DNA of 64,000 nucleotides from Asterias rubens (Eukaryota): positions 19,406,001 to 19,470,000 of the forward strand of contig NC_047070.1 of NCBI RefSeq assembly GCF_902459465.1. The letters run 5' to 3'. The translations under genes were made by a program, and so were the position numbers. Below are positions 51,613 to 63,237 of this stretch, piece after piece. The notes below the pieces were generated by a model. It did not search any database. It had not been told where the DNA came from and saw nothing but the letters and a program-made list of their open reading frames with translations. The first letter of the stretch is position 1. Each line of letters starts with the position of its first letter.

Positions 51613-52080
51613 TTCTGTATGCAGGAACACAGCGGTTTAATACAAAATTCACTAATTACTCACCTATAGGTCCGTACAGCTATAAATCTCTGTCATGCTG
51701 TAAAGGCATTGTACGCAATAAGTCTAATGAAATATAATGTATTCATTACATGGAAACAGAGACCAGACCTTTTGTTTCACATTGACATTTTATTGCCGTA
51801 GTTATGTTTTTATAGCGGCAATAAATAACTGGAATCCACATTTTCCTTTTCTATTTTTAGTGATGTGATTTTGCCTGCTGGACAATTATGTTTGTGGTAA
51901 AATTATCTTCGTTAACAACATATGTTTCCTCTATGGACTACAATTTCAAGAATACAAATCAAAAGTCAATGCCTCTGAAACAAAAAGTATTTTTGGACCG
52001 CTTTATTGTTTCAGTTGTTGTCCACTCACCAAGCCGCAATTAATTTACCTGATATAAATAGAATGCAATCAGGACATGTA

Positions 52081-52466
52081 TTAAAGGCAGTGGACACTAT
52101 TGGTAATTACTCAAAAAAATTATTAGCGTAAAACCTTTCTTGGTGACGAGTAATAGGGAGAGGTTGATGGTATAAAACATTGTGAAAAATGGCTCCCTCG
52201 GAAGTGCCATAGTTTTCGAGAAAGAAGTAATTTTCTACGAATTTGATTTCGAGACCTCAAGTTTAGAACTTGAGGTCTCGAAATCAACCATCTAAACGCA
52301 CACAACTTCGTGTGACGAGGGTATTTTTTCTTTCATTATCAATCCGCAAGTTCGATGACCGATTGAGCTCAAAATTTCACAGGTTTGTTATTTTAGGCAT
52401 ATGTTGAGATACACCAACTGTGAAGGCCAGTCTTTGACAATTACCAATAGTGTCCACTGTCTTTAA
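52081..52466 (+). mobile_element. MITE family 1 copy (intact, reference-like)
   Basis: TTAA at both ends; TIR AGGCAGTGGACACTATTGGTAATT. Perfect 21-bp-arm hairpin at 52243-52287. Confidence 0.95.
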
Positions 52467-52705
52467 ACCCTTGTTTATGGATTATGTGCAGTATATTATT
52501 ATTCGATGCAGTTGCTGGTTGTTGACTGTCTGTATAAGGTCTAGCAATCATGGATTAACACAGATTGTAACAGACTAGAGTGAACCCCCGTTGGCAACTA
52601 TAGTGTTTCAATTTCTTGTCTCAGTCAGCACTAACGCGACAAGTAAAAAATGAATCTCGTGCAGCAAATAATGGTCATAACTAGTACAGTTCATTTACAG
52701 CGATG

Positions 52706-53090
52706 CTAAAGACATTGGACACTATTGGTTATTGTCAAAGACCAGTCTCCCCACTTGGTGTATCTCAATATGTGCATAAAATAACAAACCTGTGAAAATT
52801 TGAGCTCATTATGTCGTCGAGGTTGCGAGATAATAATGAAAGAAAAAACACTCTGGTCACACGAAGTTGTGTGCTTTCAGATGCTTGATTTCGAGACCTC
52901 AAATTCCAAGTTTAAGGTCTCGAAATCAAACTCGTGGAAAATTACTTCTTTCTCCAAAACTACGTTACTTCAGAGGGAGCCGTTTCTCGCAATGTTTTAT
53001 ACTATCAACAGCTCCCATTACTCGCTACCAATAAAGGTGTTATGCTAATAATTATTTTGAGTAATTACCAATAATGTCCACTGCCTTTAA
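52706..53090 (-). mobile_element. MITE family 1 copy
   Basis: ctaaagacattggacactattgg ... atgtccactgcctttaa; inverted relative to the 52081 copy, 240 bp away. Confidence 0.93.
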
Positions 53091-55088
53091 GTCTCCCTTT
53101 AATAAAGAGCAGTTTCCATGTTTGCAACATATCAAAGTTTCAACATCAAGACTTTTAGTGGCAACCAATTTGTACCACCATTTTGTGTATTTTGTTGTGA
53201 ATTATGTATGTTATACACTGGACCTCGAATCCTGTCGGCAAAACATGTGCTCGTGTGTGTTTTGTGTAAATATCCCAGTATGGATTTTGGGTGAATGCCT
53301 CGCCAAACCAAATATTGACAGTCTTATCATTTTTCTGATTCTCGACCTTAACCCAACATTGTTACCCGTCGATCAAAGGATGTTCTTTGAATTCAGAAAC
53401 TGACATTTGAACCATGCGGCGCCTACAAACATTGTGACGCATTGGAATTGCTGATACTATAAGTGAACCTGTTTAGTTAAACTTGTGATAATTCGCACTC
53501 TATTGTAAATTTATCAACTCAAAACGACAACTCAGGGAAGCGTACGTCTGGTATTATGGAGTTAAATTTAATTATTTGTAATTTGAATCCATCACTGCAT
53601 ACCATATTTAATCCTATCATGTGTTTTAAAGTGCACTGTGCTTAAAGAAGTAGTTTCTATTTAAAGTGGCAGGTGGCTATACCAATCGCTTTAAAATTTA
53701 TTCTTGAAAGAAAAACGAAAAAAACAAACTATAAAATATTTGGGAACACAAAATATTTGGGAACAGACATTCTATATTTCATCTGTTGGTAAGATACTGT
53801 AACCAGTATAATTGAAGAAATGTAGAGATCTCACTATACTTGTAGTGTAGGGAAGAAACCCAAATGAACCCGTAGGGACTGAAAACCCAGTCTACATGCA
53901 ATAGTTTAGTATTCCAACTGGGCTCCCAGAGGTGAAAGGAAGGCAATAAACTCCAATGAATCTCTTCCAATTTAAATGCAAAGTGCAATTTTGGTTTAAA
54001 TCTTGAATTTAATTAATCATAATTTAATTCCCCTTGTTCCTCCTAGTCGCATGTGCAAGTCTACCCGTAGGGGATATGTGACGGTTTTTCCAATGAAATA
54101 TTAACATATCTACTTGTGTGTAGGCTCATCTTGTTCAATAGAAAAGTTTAATTTTAATGATATCAAATATTTATCGATCTAATTTTGTAATGTCTTTAGA
54201 AAGTTGTAATGTTGTGTGGAATACAAGACCGGATTACTACCAACATGTCTGCAGAAGTAATATTCATGTCCCACTAGAGAAAGAGAGCTATAAACTCATT
54301 CATGTATGTCTTAATTAACTCCGTCGAGTTTCTGCAAACGGTCTCTAACCTCGGCTAGAATCTCACACAAGCAGTAATGAGCTCCCTTGAGCAGTATTTA
54401 AACACGGAACAAGATTTGGTGTTAAAGGGTCTAGGCGCACTGAGTCAGGTGCTGTAAGAATACACCAAGACGATTCTGTCTTTGTGATGGGGTAAAGGCG
54501 TCCAGGAGACGGCGTCGATATTGGGATAAGAAAGGCCTAATAAGACAGCTGTTTCTAGTGACATCATCCTCTGGCCCAATCCGATATTCTTATGTAGGAA
54601 TGATGTCCTCATACCAATGCACAGACTTCATGAATATGCAGGAGCTTATTATGTTTGGAAGACAAGATAATTAGCATAAGTTTCCAGCATCTCTTCTCAA
54701 AATGTATTTTTTTTAAATCCAGCCATCACTTTAGAGCATCTGCGACCACAGCTGCCAGAAGTGACTAGAAAACACAAACAATTAATTTCTAGTTTAACTT
54801 TAACAAAAAAACTAGAAAATCCATAGCTCCATGCTAGGAAAAGGTCAAACAGTAGTGAACTTATTTGCAATCCGTATACTGAGTAAACATACCTATAGTT
54901 TAGCCGTGTTGTCACACCGTATCTCGAAATCAATGTCAATATGGAACTTTTTATGGTTCGATTTTTAAGAATGTTTAGTGTTTTTTGTAATAATTTAGAT
55001 TGGACAATAGACATTAATGGTGCACAAAGACATCACACTTTTAGATGCGTGGACAGTCGCTTGATTTTAACAAACTTTAACTTTGATT

Positions 55089-55458
55089 TTAAAGCCATTG
55101 GACCCTTTCGGTTCAGAAAAAAAAAAGTTCACAGATTTACAAATAACTTACAGGGTTTACAGAAGGCAATGGTGAAAGACTTCTCTTGAAATATTATTCC
55201 ATGAAATGCTTTACTTTTTGAGAAAACAGCAAAACAATATAAATTCTCGTTAACGAAAATTACGGATTTATTTTAAACACATGTCATGACACGGCGAAAC
55301 GCGCGGAAACAAGGGTGGGTTTTTCCGTTGTTTTCTCCCGACTCCGATGACCGATTGAGCCTAAATTTTCACAGGTTTGTTATTTGATATAGAAGTTGTG
55401 GTACACAAAGTGTGGGCCTTGGACAACACTGTTTACCGAAAGGGTCCAATGGCTTTAA
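55089..55458 (+). mobile_element. MITE family 4 (chimeric: family-2-like left arm, family-1-like right arm)
   Basis: Perfect 24-bp inverted ends including TTAA: ttaaagccattggaccctttcggt / accgaaagggtccaatggctttaa. Confidence 0.9.
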
Positions 55459-55636
55459 GCAAGATATTGAGGCACTACATACTAGAAACAATACCTTAAT
55501 TCCTACACTTATATCTTTTTGTTTACAAATAATCTAATGTTCCCTAGCTCTTTAAAGTCCTTGCGATTGTGAAATTTCCAGTTAACTTTGCGTATAAGAT
55601 GTTTCTTTTATTTGTCAATGAAGCATATCGTTACAT

Positions 55637-55800
55637 TGGCATCATGGTTGGCTCATCAGGTTTTTTTTCCCTGCCGTAACTTCCTTGAACCCCGGTTCGA
55701 ATCCCTGTTCAGACCTGTGGAGCCTTATATGGATTGGTTTTCAGTCCCTGCTTGCTTGTGTTTACCACATTTGGGATTTTCACAATCCATCGTCAACTTG
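55637..55800 (+). mobile_element. tRNA-derived SINE remnant
   Basis: A-box-like tggcatcatgg (55637) and B-box ggttcgaatcc (55694-55704), followed by a non-tRNA body (ggattggttttcagtccctgc). No cloverleaf. Confidence 0.5.
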
Positions 55801-56330
55801 CCTCCGCTCTTGTAGGTAGTAATTAACATTGATATAAAGACACCATAGGATAGATCCTTTGTAAGTTTTTGACATCAAAATTATCAAAAATATTCACGTA
55901 GGCTACCTGATTGTTTATTAATTACTTGTAGAAATTATTCAAGTACTCCTGGGACTTAAAATGAACCCTGTGTGTGTTGTTAATGATGGAGTTCGGCAAA
56001 CTAACGACCCCTCATCTGAATAAAGGCTACGGATCAAATCAAGCATTAGTATTTTTACGACTCAAGAAAAAAAGAAACAATTGTATGGGATGGGGGATCG
56101 ATTAGTACTGGCCAGCGTTTTGCTATGACCACATGATAAATGAAGAATACGTGCGGACATGGGTCAATGGGCTGTGTATAATTGCATATGGGAGGTTATG
56201 AAGCCAATGCATATCAATTGTCTTTGATTATTGATAAAGCCATCCTTACGTTTAGTCTGGGTTTTTGTTCTCGTACTATGATGTTTGTATTTCTTGAAGC
56301 AGAATAAGTCTGCCCATAATTCCCCAGTTA

Positions 56331-56714
56331 TTAAAGGCAGTGGACACTCTTGGTATTTACTCAAAATAATTATTATCATAAAACCTTTCTTGGTTACGAG
56401 TAATGAGGGAGGTTGATAGTGTAAAACATTGTGAGAAACGGCTCCCTCTGAAGTGACGTAGTTTTCGAGAAAGAAATAATTTTTCTCAAATTTGATTTCG
56501 AGACCTCGGGTTTAGAATTTAAGGTCTCGAAATCAAGCATCACAAAGCACACAACCTTGTGTGACAAGGTGTTTTTTCTTTCAATATTATCTTGCAACTT
56601 CGACGACCAATTGAGCTCAAATTTTCACAGGTTTGTTATTTTATGTATTTGTTGAGATACACCAAGTGAGAAGACTGGTCTTTGACAATTACCAATAGTG
56701 TCCATTGCCTTTAA
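56331..56714 (+). mobile_element. MITE family 1 copy
   Basis: ttaaaggcagtggacactcttggtattt ... aattaccaatagtgtccattgcctttaa. Confidence 0.94.
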
Positions 56715-57372
56715 CAGTAGCTTTGTTTTGGTTTGCATGGGCATGTCCACCACACAGCTATGGCTTTTCTGGCTATGCTCCAATTTCCAATGTTCTCACT
56801 ACTGTTATTTGTTATTGTTTTCTTTTGTTTGTATCTTTTGGAATGGAAATGCATGTCTTGAAATGCATCGAAATGAAATGAAAAGTAATGAAATGAAATG
56901 AACTGTGAATCCATTTGGACAATATAATAACTAATACGATATGAAACGACACTGTGTACTCAGCAGCAGACATTTCGTGCGGCAATGTCCTTAGTTTACG
57001 ACAGCAATTTGGTCAATATTTTGGGTTCATTAATATCTATCACTTAGTACCGGTATTTCTGAATAATTGATTCGATTCAAGAACTCTCAAAGGATACGAT
57101 GTAGATTAAGAATAAATCAAAACGACCTTCGGCTCTCATGGGAAAGACCTCTGTAATTATTCAACACTACAATAATATCCGTGCAGATTGTCCATGATTG
57201 TTTTGGTGCTTGTAGAAAAAGTTCATTTATATGGTGCATGATTCATAAAATACATTTTTGTTTAAATAATATGGTCAAAAAGTTTGAATAAAATAGGAAA
57301 ACTAAATTTAGCTGTTGCAAACAACTTACCAAACAAATTGGCCGATGGTATAAATGTAAAAATTAGTTAGTG

Positions 57373-57411
57373 GCCTGACGTTTCGACCCTAGCAGAGTCT
57401 TTCTCGAAGGC
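57373..57411 (-). ncRNA. Minimal type-I hammerhead ribozyme-like motif
   Basis: The - strand reads GCCU-UCGAGAA-A-GACUC-UGCUA-GGGUC-GAAAC-GUC-AGGC: stem I GCCU/AGGC, stem II GACUC/GGGUC, GAAA core, GUC cleavage triplet. Confidence 0.5.
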
Positions 57412-59105
57412 TAAATGAGAACACAACAAACATTAACAGGTAACTAAGTGGAATGGGCACAAACAACCCTACACTGTAAAAAGTATCCGTATTTTAACGG
57501 TACAAAATTGTACACTCTAATACACTCTTGATATTAAGCTAGCAAACAATATTGTTGAGAATTCATATTTCGTTTTATTCAAACCTTATAAAGTTATACG
57601 TATTCAACGTTTCACATCGCTACACTTGAATGGTGAAAGAGATGCAATGGTATTGCGCCTATCGTGTCCCTTCCTCACTCAAACCTATAACGACTAAACA
57701 GTATGTCCGTCCCAGCAAACACTCTTTTAAATACTCGGAGTATAAGGATAATATTTAAAGGGTATTTATTCATAAATATAAGAAGCAGTTCAACTCCGAG
57801 AACCTCCTCTTGCTTGGTAATTGGGTACCGGTCAGACCTATCTACCCGCGTAGGTTATCAATGGTTTTTATCGTCGATAATTACCTCCTTCGCTTCAGCA
57901 CGGTCCGTTCATAAGATATTTAAATGGTGCGGTGTTAAGTCGGTGCGATACAGGTTGCAAACTGATATAGACGCAGGTGGCTCTCAACTGTGTACGGGTG
58001 ACGAATTTCATGCTCTCTCTCTTTGAATATTGAAAAAGGGGGCAGCTCTTTCTCAAACACAAACATAGATAGCCCTGGACTCCACACTCGTAGATCGAAA
58101 GAACATCACTCTCATAAAAGTAGTTGAGAGTGAATACTGACTGGCATTCTTGTCAAGAAAAGACAGGTGCACAGGATTTGAAATTCATTTCTGGAATCTC
58201 AATGATCTTGATTTTAACGCCTGGTTTTAATCAGCAGTTTCACACATGGAAATAAATAATTCATCACTTTCCAATCGTTTCAAGATCAAAGTTCTCAAAT
58301 TGAAACAATTGTGGAATACAAAATGTTTCGAACAGCAGAGTAAGACCGAGATAAATTATTGATTGAGGTACATTAATGTCCGATGGCTGAACCCAATGTA
58401 TTTCTTTGACGACAGTTATTTTTCATTTTGATGTTGTCACTTCAATATTTGTCATAATAATAAAAGCAACAAAAATATGTACAATGTTTAAAATATTGAA
58501 CGATTGATGGCAATAAACAGAGTTTAACTCCACTTCTATTTTCTTTTCTTTTTTCAATTTCTTTTACAATTTTTTTACAATTTTTTTTTTTACAATTACG
58601 AATATACACCGATGTGTGTATAAGGGTAAAAACCAAAAATTAATATAATTACGAAAAAAAAATTAAAAAAGTATGTTTTATTGCTGTGTGTATGTGGCCT
58701 GCAGAGGTTTATATCCCATAATTACTGATATGCACTTTTTGTATGTTCATAGCTCTGGAACCATGATTCAAAGTACAATGCTCTATGGCTAACCATGGAC
58801 TGTTGTTGGAAACAGCTTGCCCAGGCTGTTCAAACCAATTTAATAATTGCTTTGTTAGTTGGGTATTTTTACCAATTAAACAATTATCGCCTTTGTACTA
58901 GTCTAATCCACATTTGATATAGGACGTGGAAATTAATTCATTATGGATTAATGTCGGCTTTGTACTTTGATAATTGATATTATATTTAGCAATTGGAACA
59001 CACTGTTGTGTCCTTATTCGTGAGGGTGTGTGATTTTAGTAAACTTGATTTTCAAGCAGTCAAATATTGTTTGGAAGACAAACCATTTTATAAACAGTAT
59101 GCCTT

Positions 59106-59449
59106 TTAAAGACACTGGACACTATTGGTAACTGTCAGAGACCAGTCTTCCCACTTGGTGTATCTCAATTGGTCGTCGAAGTTGCAAGATATGAATGAAA
59201 TAAAAAAAACACCACTGTCACACGAAGTTGTGTGCTTTCAGTTGATTTCGAGACCTTAAATTATAAACTCTAGGTCTCGAAATCAAATTCTTTGAAAATT
59301 ACTTCTTTCTTAAAAACTACGTCACTTCAGAGGGAGCCGTTTCTCACAATGTTTTTAAACTATCAACCTCTCCCTATTACTCATAATCAAAAAAGGTTTT
59401 ATGATAATAATTATTTTTGAGTAACTACCAATAGTGTCCACTGCCTTAA
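59106..59449 (-). mobile_element. MITE family 1 copy (internal deletion)
   Basis: ttaaagacactggacactattggtaac ... atagtgtccactgccttaa. Confidence 0.92.
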
Positions 59450-60245
59450 AGTAAAGCTATCTTTGTAATAGCATTTTAAACGATGTGATGTTTTGCTAAA
59501 GGTTATGTTTGCGTACAGTTTATGACGTCAAGACTTTACTTGGAAGTACTTTCACCTTATGCAATAATAGATATCCCCCAATCACGACCTGAGCACTGGG
59601 AAGCTCCAACTCAATAACACCGTCATCAAAACCCACGAACGGTCTTTATCTTCAGGTGGAAAGAACCATCGCTATGGATGCCTCAAAAGGAGATATAAAC
59701 GACTTGGTCCCTAACCACAGTCGACCAATACGGCTTCATCCCAATGGACCACCAAACGTCAAAATGTAATCTCTACACATGACTACCCTACCTGATATAA
59801 GTTATGTCAGTTGTTGAAGAAGGCAATCAAATATAAGCTTGAACGAATCAAGTTCTCACTCAAACTGGCACGAGTTGAAGCGTTTTCTTAATAGAATCTA
59901 ACCCACTCTTTCCATTGTGGAGCTTTAGTGTATTAAAATGAGGTTATTAAATTATATTGATACCAGCTAAAACTCTGTCTCGATCTTCAAGGTTGTCTGA
60001 GTGTGTGACAAGAATTACATAAGATTAAGAAAACCAAAGTGATGACGTTTTTTATGATAATTTGACGATTTTCGTAATACCACTCAAGGATCTCAAGAGT
60101 GGCCATTTCTTAAAAAGAAAAAATGTACATCAAATTGATCACAGGCCAAAGTCTCGTATTAATATGAACTTGGTATACTCTATCGCATTAGTCTAGAACA
60201 ACAAGCAATTTATGTGCTTTGCACTGCAATGTATCAATGTATATT

Positions 60246-60589
60246 CATTGGACACTATTGGTAATTGTCTAAGACCACTCTTCTCACTTGGCGTATCTCA
60301 ACATATGCATAAAATAACAAACCTGTGGAGATTTGAGCTCAATCGGTTGTCGAAATAGCGAGATAATAATTTAAAAAACCACCCTTGCCACACGAAGTTG
60401 TGTGCTTTCAGATGCTTGATTTTCGAGACCACAAATTCTAAATCTGAGGTCTCGAAATCAAATTCATGGAATTTACTTCTTTCTCGAAAACTACGTTATG
60501 CCTATTTCAGAGGGAGCCGTTTCTTACCAATTAAGGTTTTATGCTAATAATTGTTTTGAGAAATTACCGATAGTGTCCACTGCCTTTAA
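60246..60589 (-). mobile_element. MITE family 1 copy (one TIR clipped)
   Basis: cattggacactattggtaatt ... gatagtgtccactgcctttaa. Confidence 0.9.
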
Positions 60590-61263
60590 CACCAGTAACA
60601 CCTTTAATCAATTATAGTGACATAAGGCACGTGCCCGTTAGAATTGAAAAGATGAAAACTATTGCTTCATATTGCTTAACATTTCATTGTACAGATATTT
60701 TTTCTACACAACATACCAATAGTTATGTGATCATAATAAACAAAGCCATTAATAAGAAATGTCACACGAAAGGTTAAATTTCTTGCATAAAATGAATATG
60801 TTATAGGTTTTGCATGCAATCAGACAAGACTGGGTCATTGATGCATACACAATTGAAATGTACACACATGGTCGTAATGAGCTTACAGTAAAAACAATCC
60901 CATGAAGAGAAGCATGAAGTGATTAAGAAAACAGGAATCGATGTGTTTAGAAAAACATGACTTTAAAGTCTTCATGTGTGTACCATTCGCTCCCCCATTT
61001 ATCGCCGCGTCATTCTCATAATGAAATCCGAAGCAATCCACCTAGAGAAAGAACTTACAAATTTCCGATTGACTTCACAAAAGCTAAATTTGGCTTGAAT
61101 AATCTGTGTCCTAATAAACGGATTCTTTAATTGGAAGTCTGCAAACGGCTGAGACTCTGCTTAGTTGCGCACTGTTGCTTTGGAAATCCGTTAAGGAAGT
61201 CGCTTCCCAACAAATCTGAGCAAAAGTATAATTATTTGACGTTATATATAGATTTGTTTTGGC

Positions 61264-61624
61264 GTAAAGGCAGTAGACACTTTTGGTAATTACTCAAAAT
61301 AATTATTAGCATAAACCTTACTTGGAAACGAGTAATGGGGAGAGGTTGAGGGTATACAATATTGAGAGAAACGGTTCCCTCTGAAGTGGAGTACTTTTCG
61401 AGAAAGAAGTAATTTTACACGAATTTGATTTCGAGACCTCGGAATTAGATTTTGAGGTATCGAAATCAAGCATCTGAAAGCACACAACTTCGTGTGACAA
61501 GGGTGTTTTTTTCTTTCATTATTATCTCGCAACTTCGACGACCGATTGAGCTCAAATTATGATGAGATACACCAATTGTGAGAAGATCAGTCTTTGACAG
61601 TTACCAATAGTGTCCATTGCTTTG
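61264..61624 (+). mobile_element. MITE family 1 copy
   Basis: gtaaaggcagtagacacttttggtaatt ... ttaccaatagtgtccattgcttt. Confidence 0.9.
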
Positions 61625-61878
61625 AGCATGAAAATATCTTCGATTAAAAAAAAGTAATGCGTCCTATGTTTTGCTTGCATTCAATCAACCTGCATGATAA
61701 GACCTTACCAATGTAAGCCAATGTACTCAGACATGACAGTAAAAATCTGATTACTCCCCGTAGATATCAGACAATATGTTTCTTAATAATGAGTGATTGA
61801 AAAAGGTTTGTTTTAAGCATGGTCTGACAGTGCGGCTCTATTCCCAAGCTTGATCACAAGGGAACATTTTGATATCAG

Positions 61879-62262
61879 TTAAAGGCACCGGAGACTATTG
61901 GTAATTACTCAAAATAATTGTTAGCATAAGACCTTACTTGGTGACGAGTAAGTGGGAGAGGTTGATGGTATAACACGTTGTGAGAAACGGCACCCTAAGT
62001 GCCATAGTTTTCGAGAAAGAAGTAATTTTCCACGAATTTGATTTCAAGACCTCAGATTTAGAACTTGAGGTCTCGAAATCAACCATCTGAACGCACACAA
62101 GTTCGTGTGACATAGGTGTTTTTTTCTTACATTAATATCTCGCAAGTTCGATGACCGATTGAGCTCAAATTTTCACAGGTTTGTTATTTTATGCATATGT
62201 TGAGATACACCAACTGTGAAGGCTAGTCTTTGACAATTACCAATAGTGTCCACTGCCTTTAA
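61879..62262 (+). mobile_element. MITE family 1 copy
   Basis: ttaaaggcaccggagactattggtaatt ... aattaccaatagtgtccactgcctttaa; about 375 bp into gene B intron 1. Confidence 0.93.
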
Positions 62263-62637
62263 ATTAGCGTGTGAACGTGGTGATCCGTGGATGGGAAAAT
62301 TCCAACGGAAGCCCCCTTCAGAAATTATTCATATTGAATTACCGCTTCCATTTATTACTCATGATTTGCCGCATATTATTGCTGGCTGTATTACTAGTAT
62401 TACGAGGAAGTTAAGTACGAGTGTTATTGTTAACATCCATAACTTTATTGTAGTTATAAGCAATCCCGGTGTGTTTATTCAAAACAAGCAAATTTGACGA
62501 CCACCAAACTATTATTAAGGACCCAAAGAAGCATATACATCAATTGTAACCAAAGTTTATCGTACATTAAGTGAACAATGAAACGTCTCTTAATTTAATA
62601 CAACGTCTGTACTTTTTAAAAATTAAACTGTTCCTAC

Positions 62638-62707
62638 CTGTGCATATGATGACTAGACACACTGATAAAATTCCCCACCAAACTCTGTTCCTCCATGACC
62701 AATTCAT
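62638..62707 (-). CDS. Gene B candidate exon 1 (signal peptide), MNWSWRNRVWWGILSVCLVIICT(G)
   Basis: ATG with A at -3; basic n-region and hydrophobic h-region. Phase-1 donor CAG|GTAGGA joins exon 2 in frame to give ...CTGRQILA-TEEH. Implies a ~17-kb first intron. Confidence 0.72.
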
Positions 62708-62874
62708 CCTGTACTTTCTCTTGCCTCCAAACCACAAGACAGAAAGATCTATGAGCTCTCTAACAACACGCACACTGCTCTCCTACTACATAAATCTTGC
62801 CTCGTAGAGTCTGAAAGTACGACTCAAATCGTTCCTTTTCCTCGCTCCGAGTTGACGTAGAAATTCCTGTCGCG

Positions 62875-62880
62875 TTTATA
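62875..62880 (-). promoter_or_regulatory. Candidate TATA box for gene B
   Basis: TATAAA on the - strand about 170 nt upstream of the candidate ATG, with a pyrimidine-CA dinucleotide about 27 nt downstream (near 62853). Confidence 0.35.
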
Positions 62881-63225
62881 CCGACCGAACTGATGAGACC
62901 GAATTTCCAAGCTTGGTTCTATTGTCGTTAGAGCTCCATACAGATATGATCCAATACTACTGCTATACGTAAAGCGAAGACCCAACACGCGAGAAACGTC
63001 AAATGGTCCACTTTTAATGTCTGCCTAAAAAATTGTCAGAAATAAGTGAAGAATCCATAGCAAATTACGCACAAATTTCCCAATGGTAAAGCTTGCAATC
63101 TTTTGACGGTATGATAGTTTGATCATACTAGTTTAACTCTTGTATTTAGTATTCTGTATGCGTGATGAATTAAGTAGGAAAGATAAGCACACTTTATTGC
63201 TATAGGGGTGGAGCTTCAATAAGTT

Positions 63226-63237
63226 CGTCACGTGACG
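63226..63237. promoter_or_regulatory. Palindromic extended E-box CGTCACGTGACG
   Basis: Perfect 12-bp palindrome containing GTCACGTGAC (USF/MiT-TFE-type site), about 520 bp upstream of the candidate ATG. Confidence 0.3.

Larger units (their letters stand above)
19383..62707 (-). other. Gene B span: nAChR-family Cys-loop receptor subunit with non-canonical loop C and canonical cationic pore; 8 coding exons
   Basis: Exons of 70+152+45+110+200+122+208+560 = 1467 nt give 488 aa plus stop, with all splice phases compatible. Exons 2-8 are firm; exon 1 is a candidate. Confidence 0.9.

Noticed and set aside
55637-55710. tRNA gene
   Set aside because: A/B boxes are present but there is no acceptor or anticodon stem pairing; treated as a SINE head.
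30465-61532. Recurring short ORFs such as ...HPCHTKLCAFRCLIS... and ...LQREPFL...
   Set aside because: They are translations of family 1 MITE copies, not a gene family.
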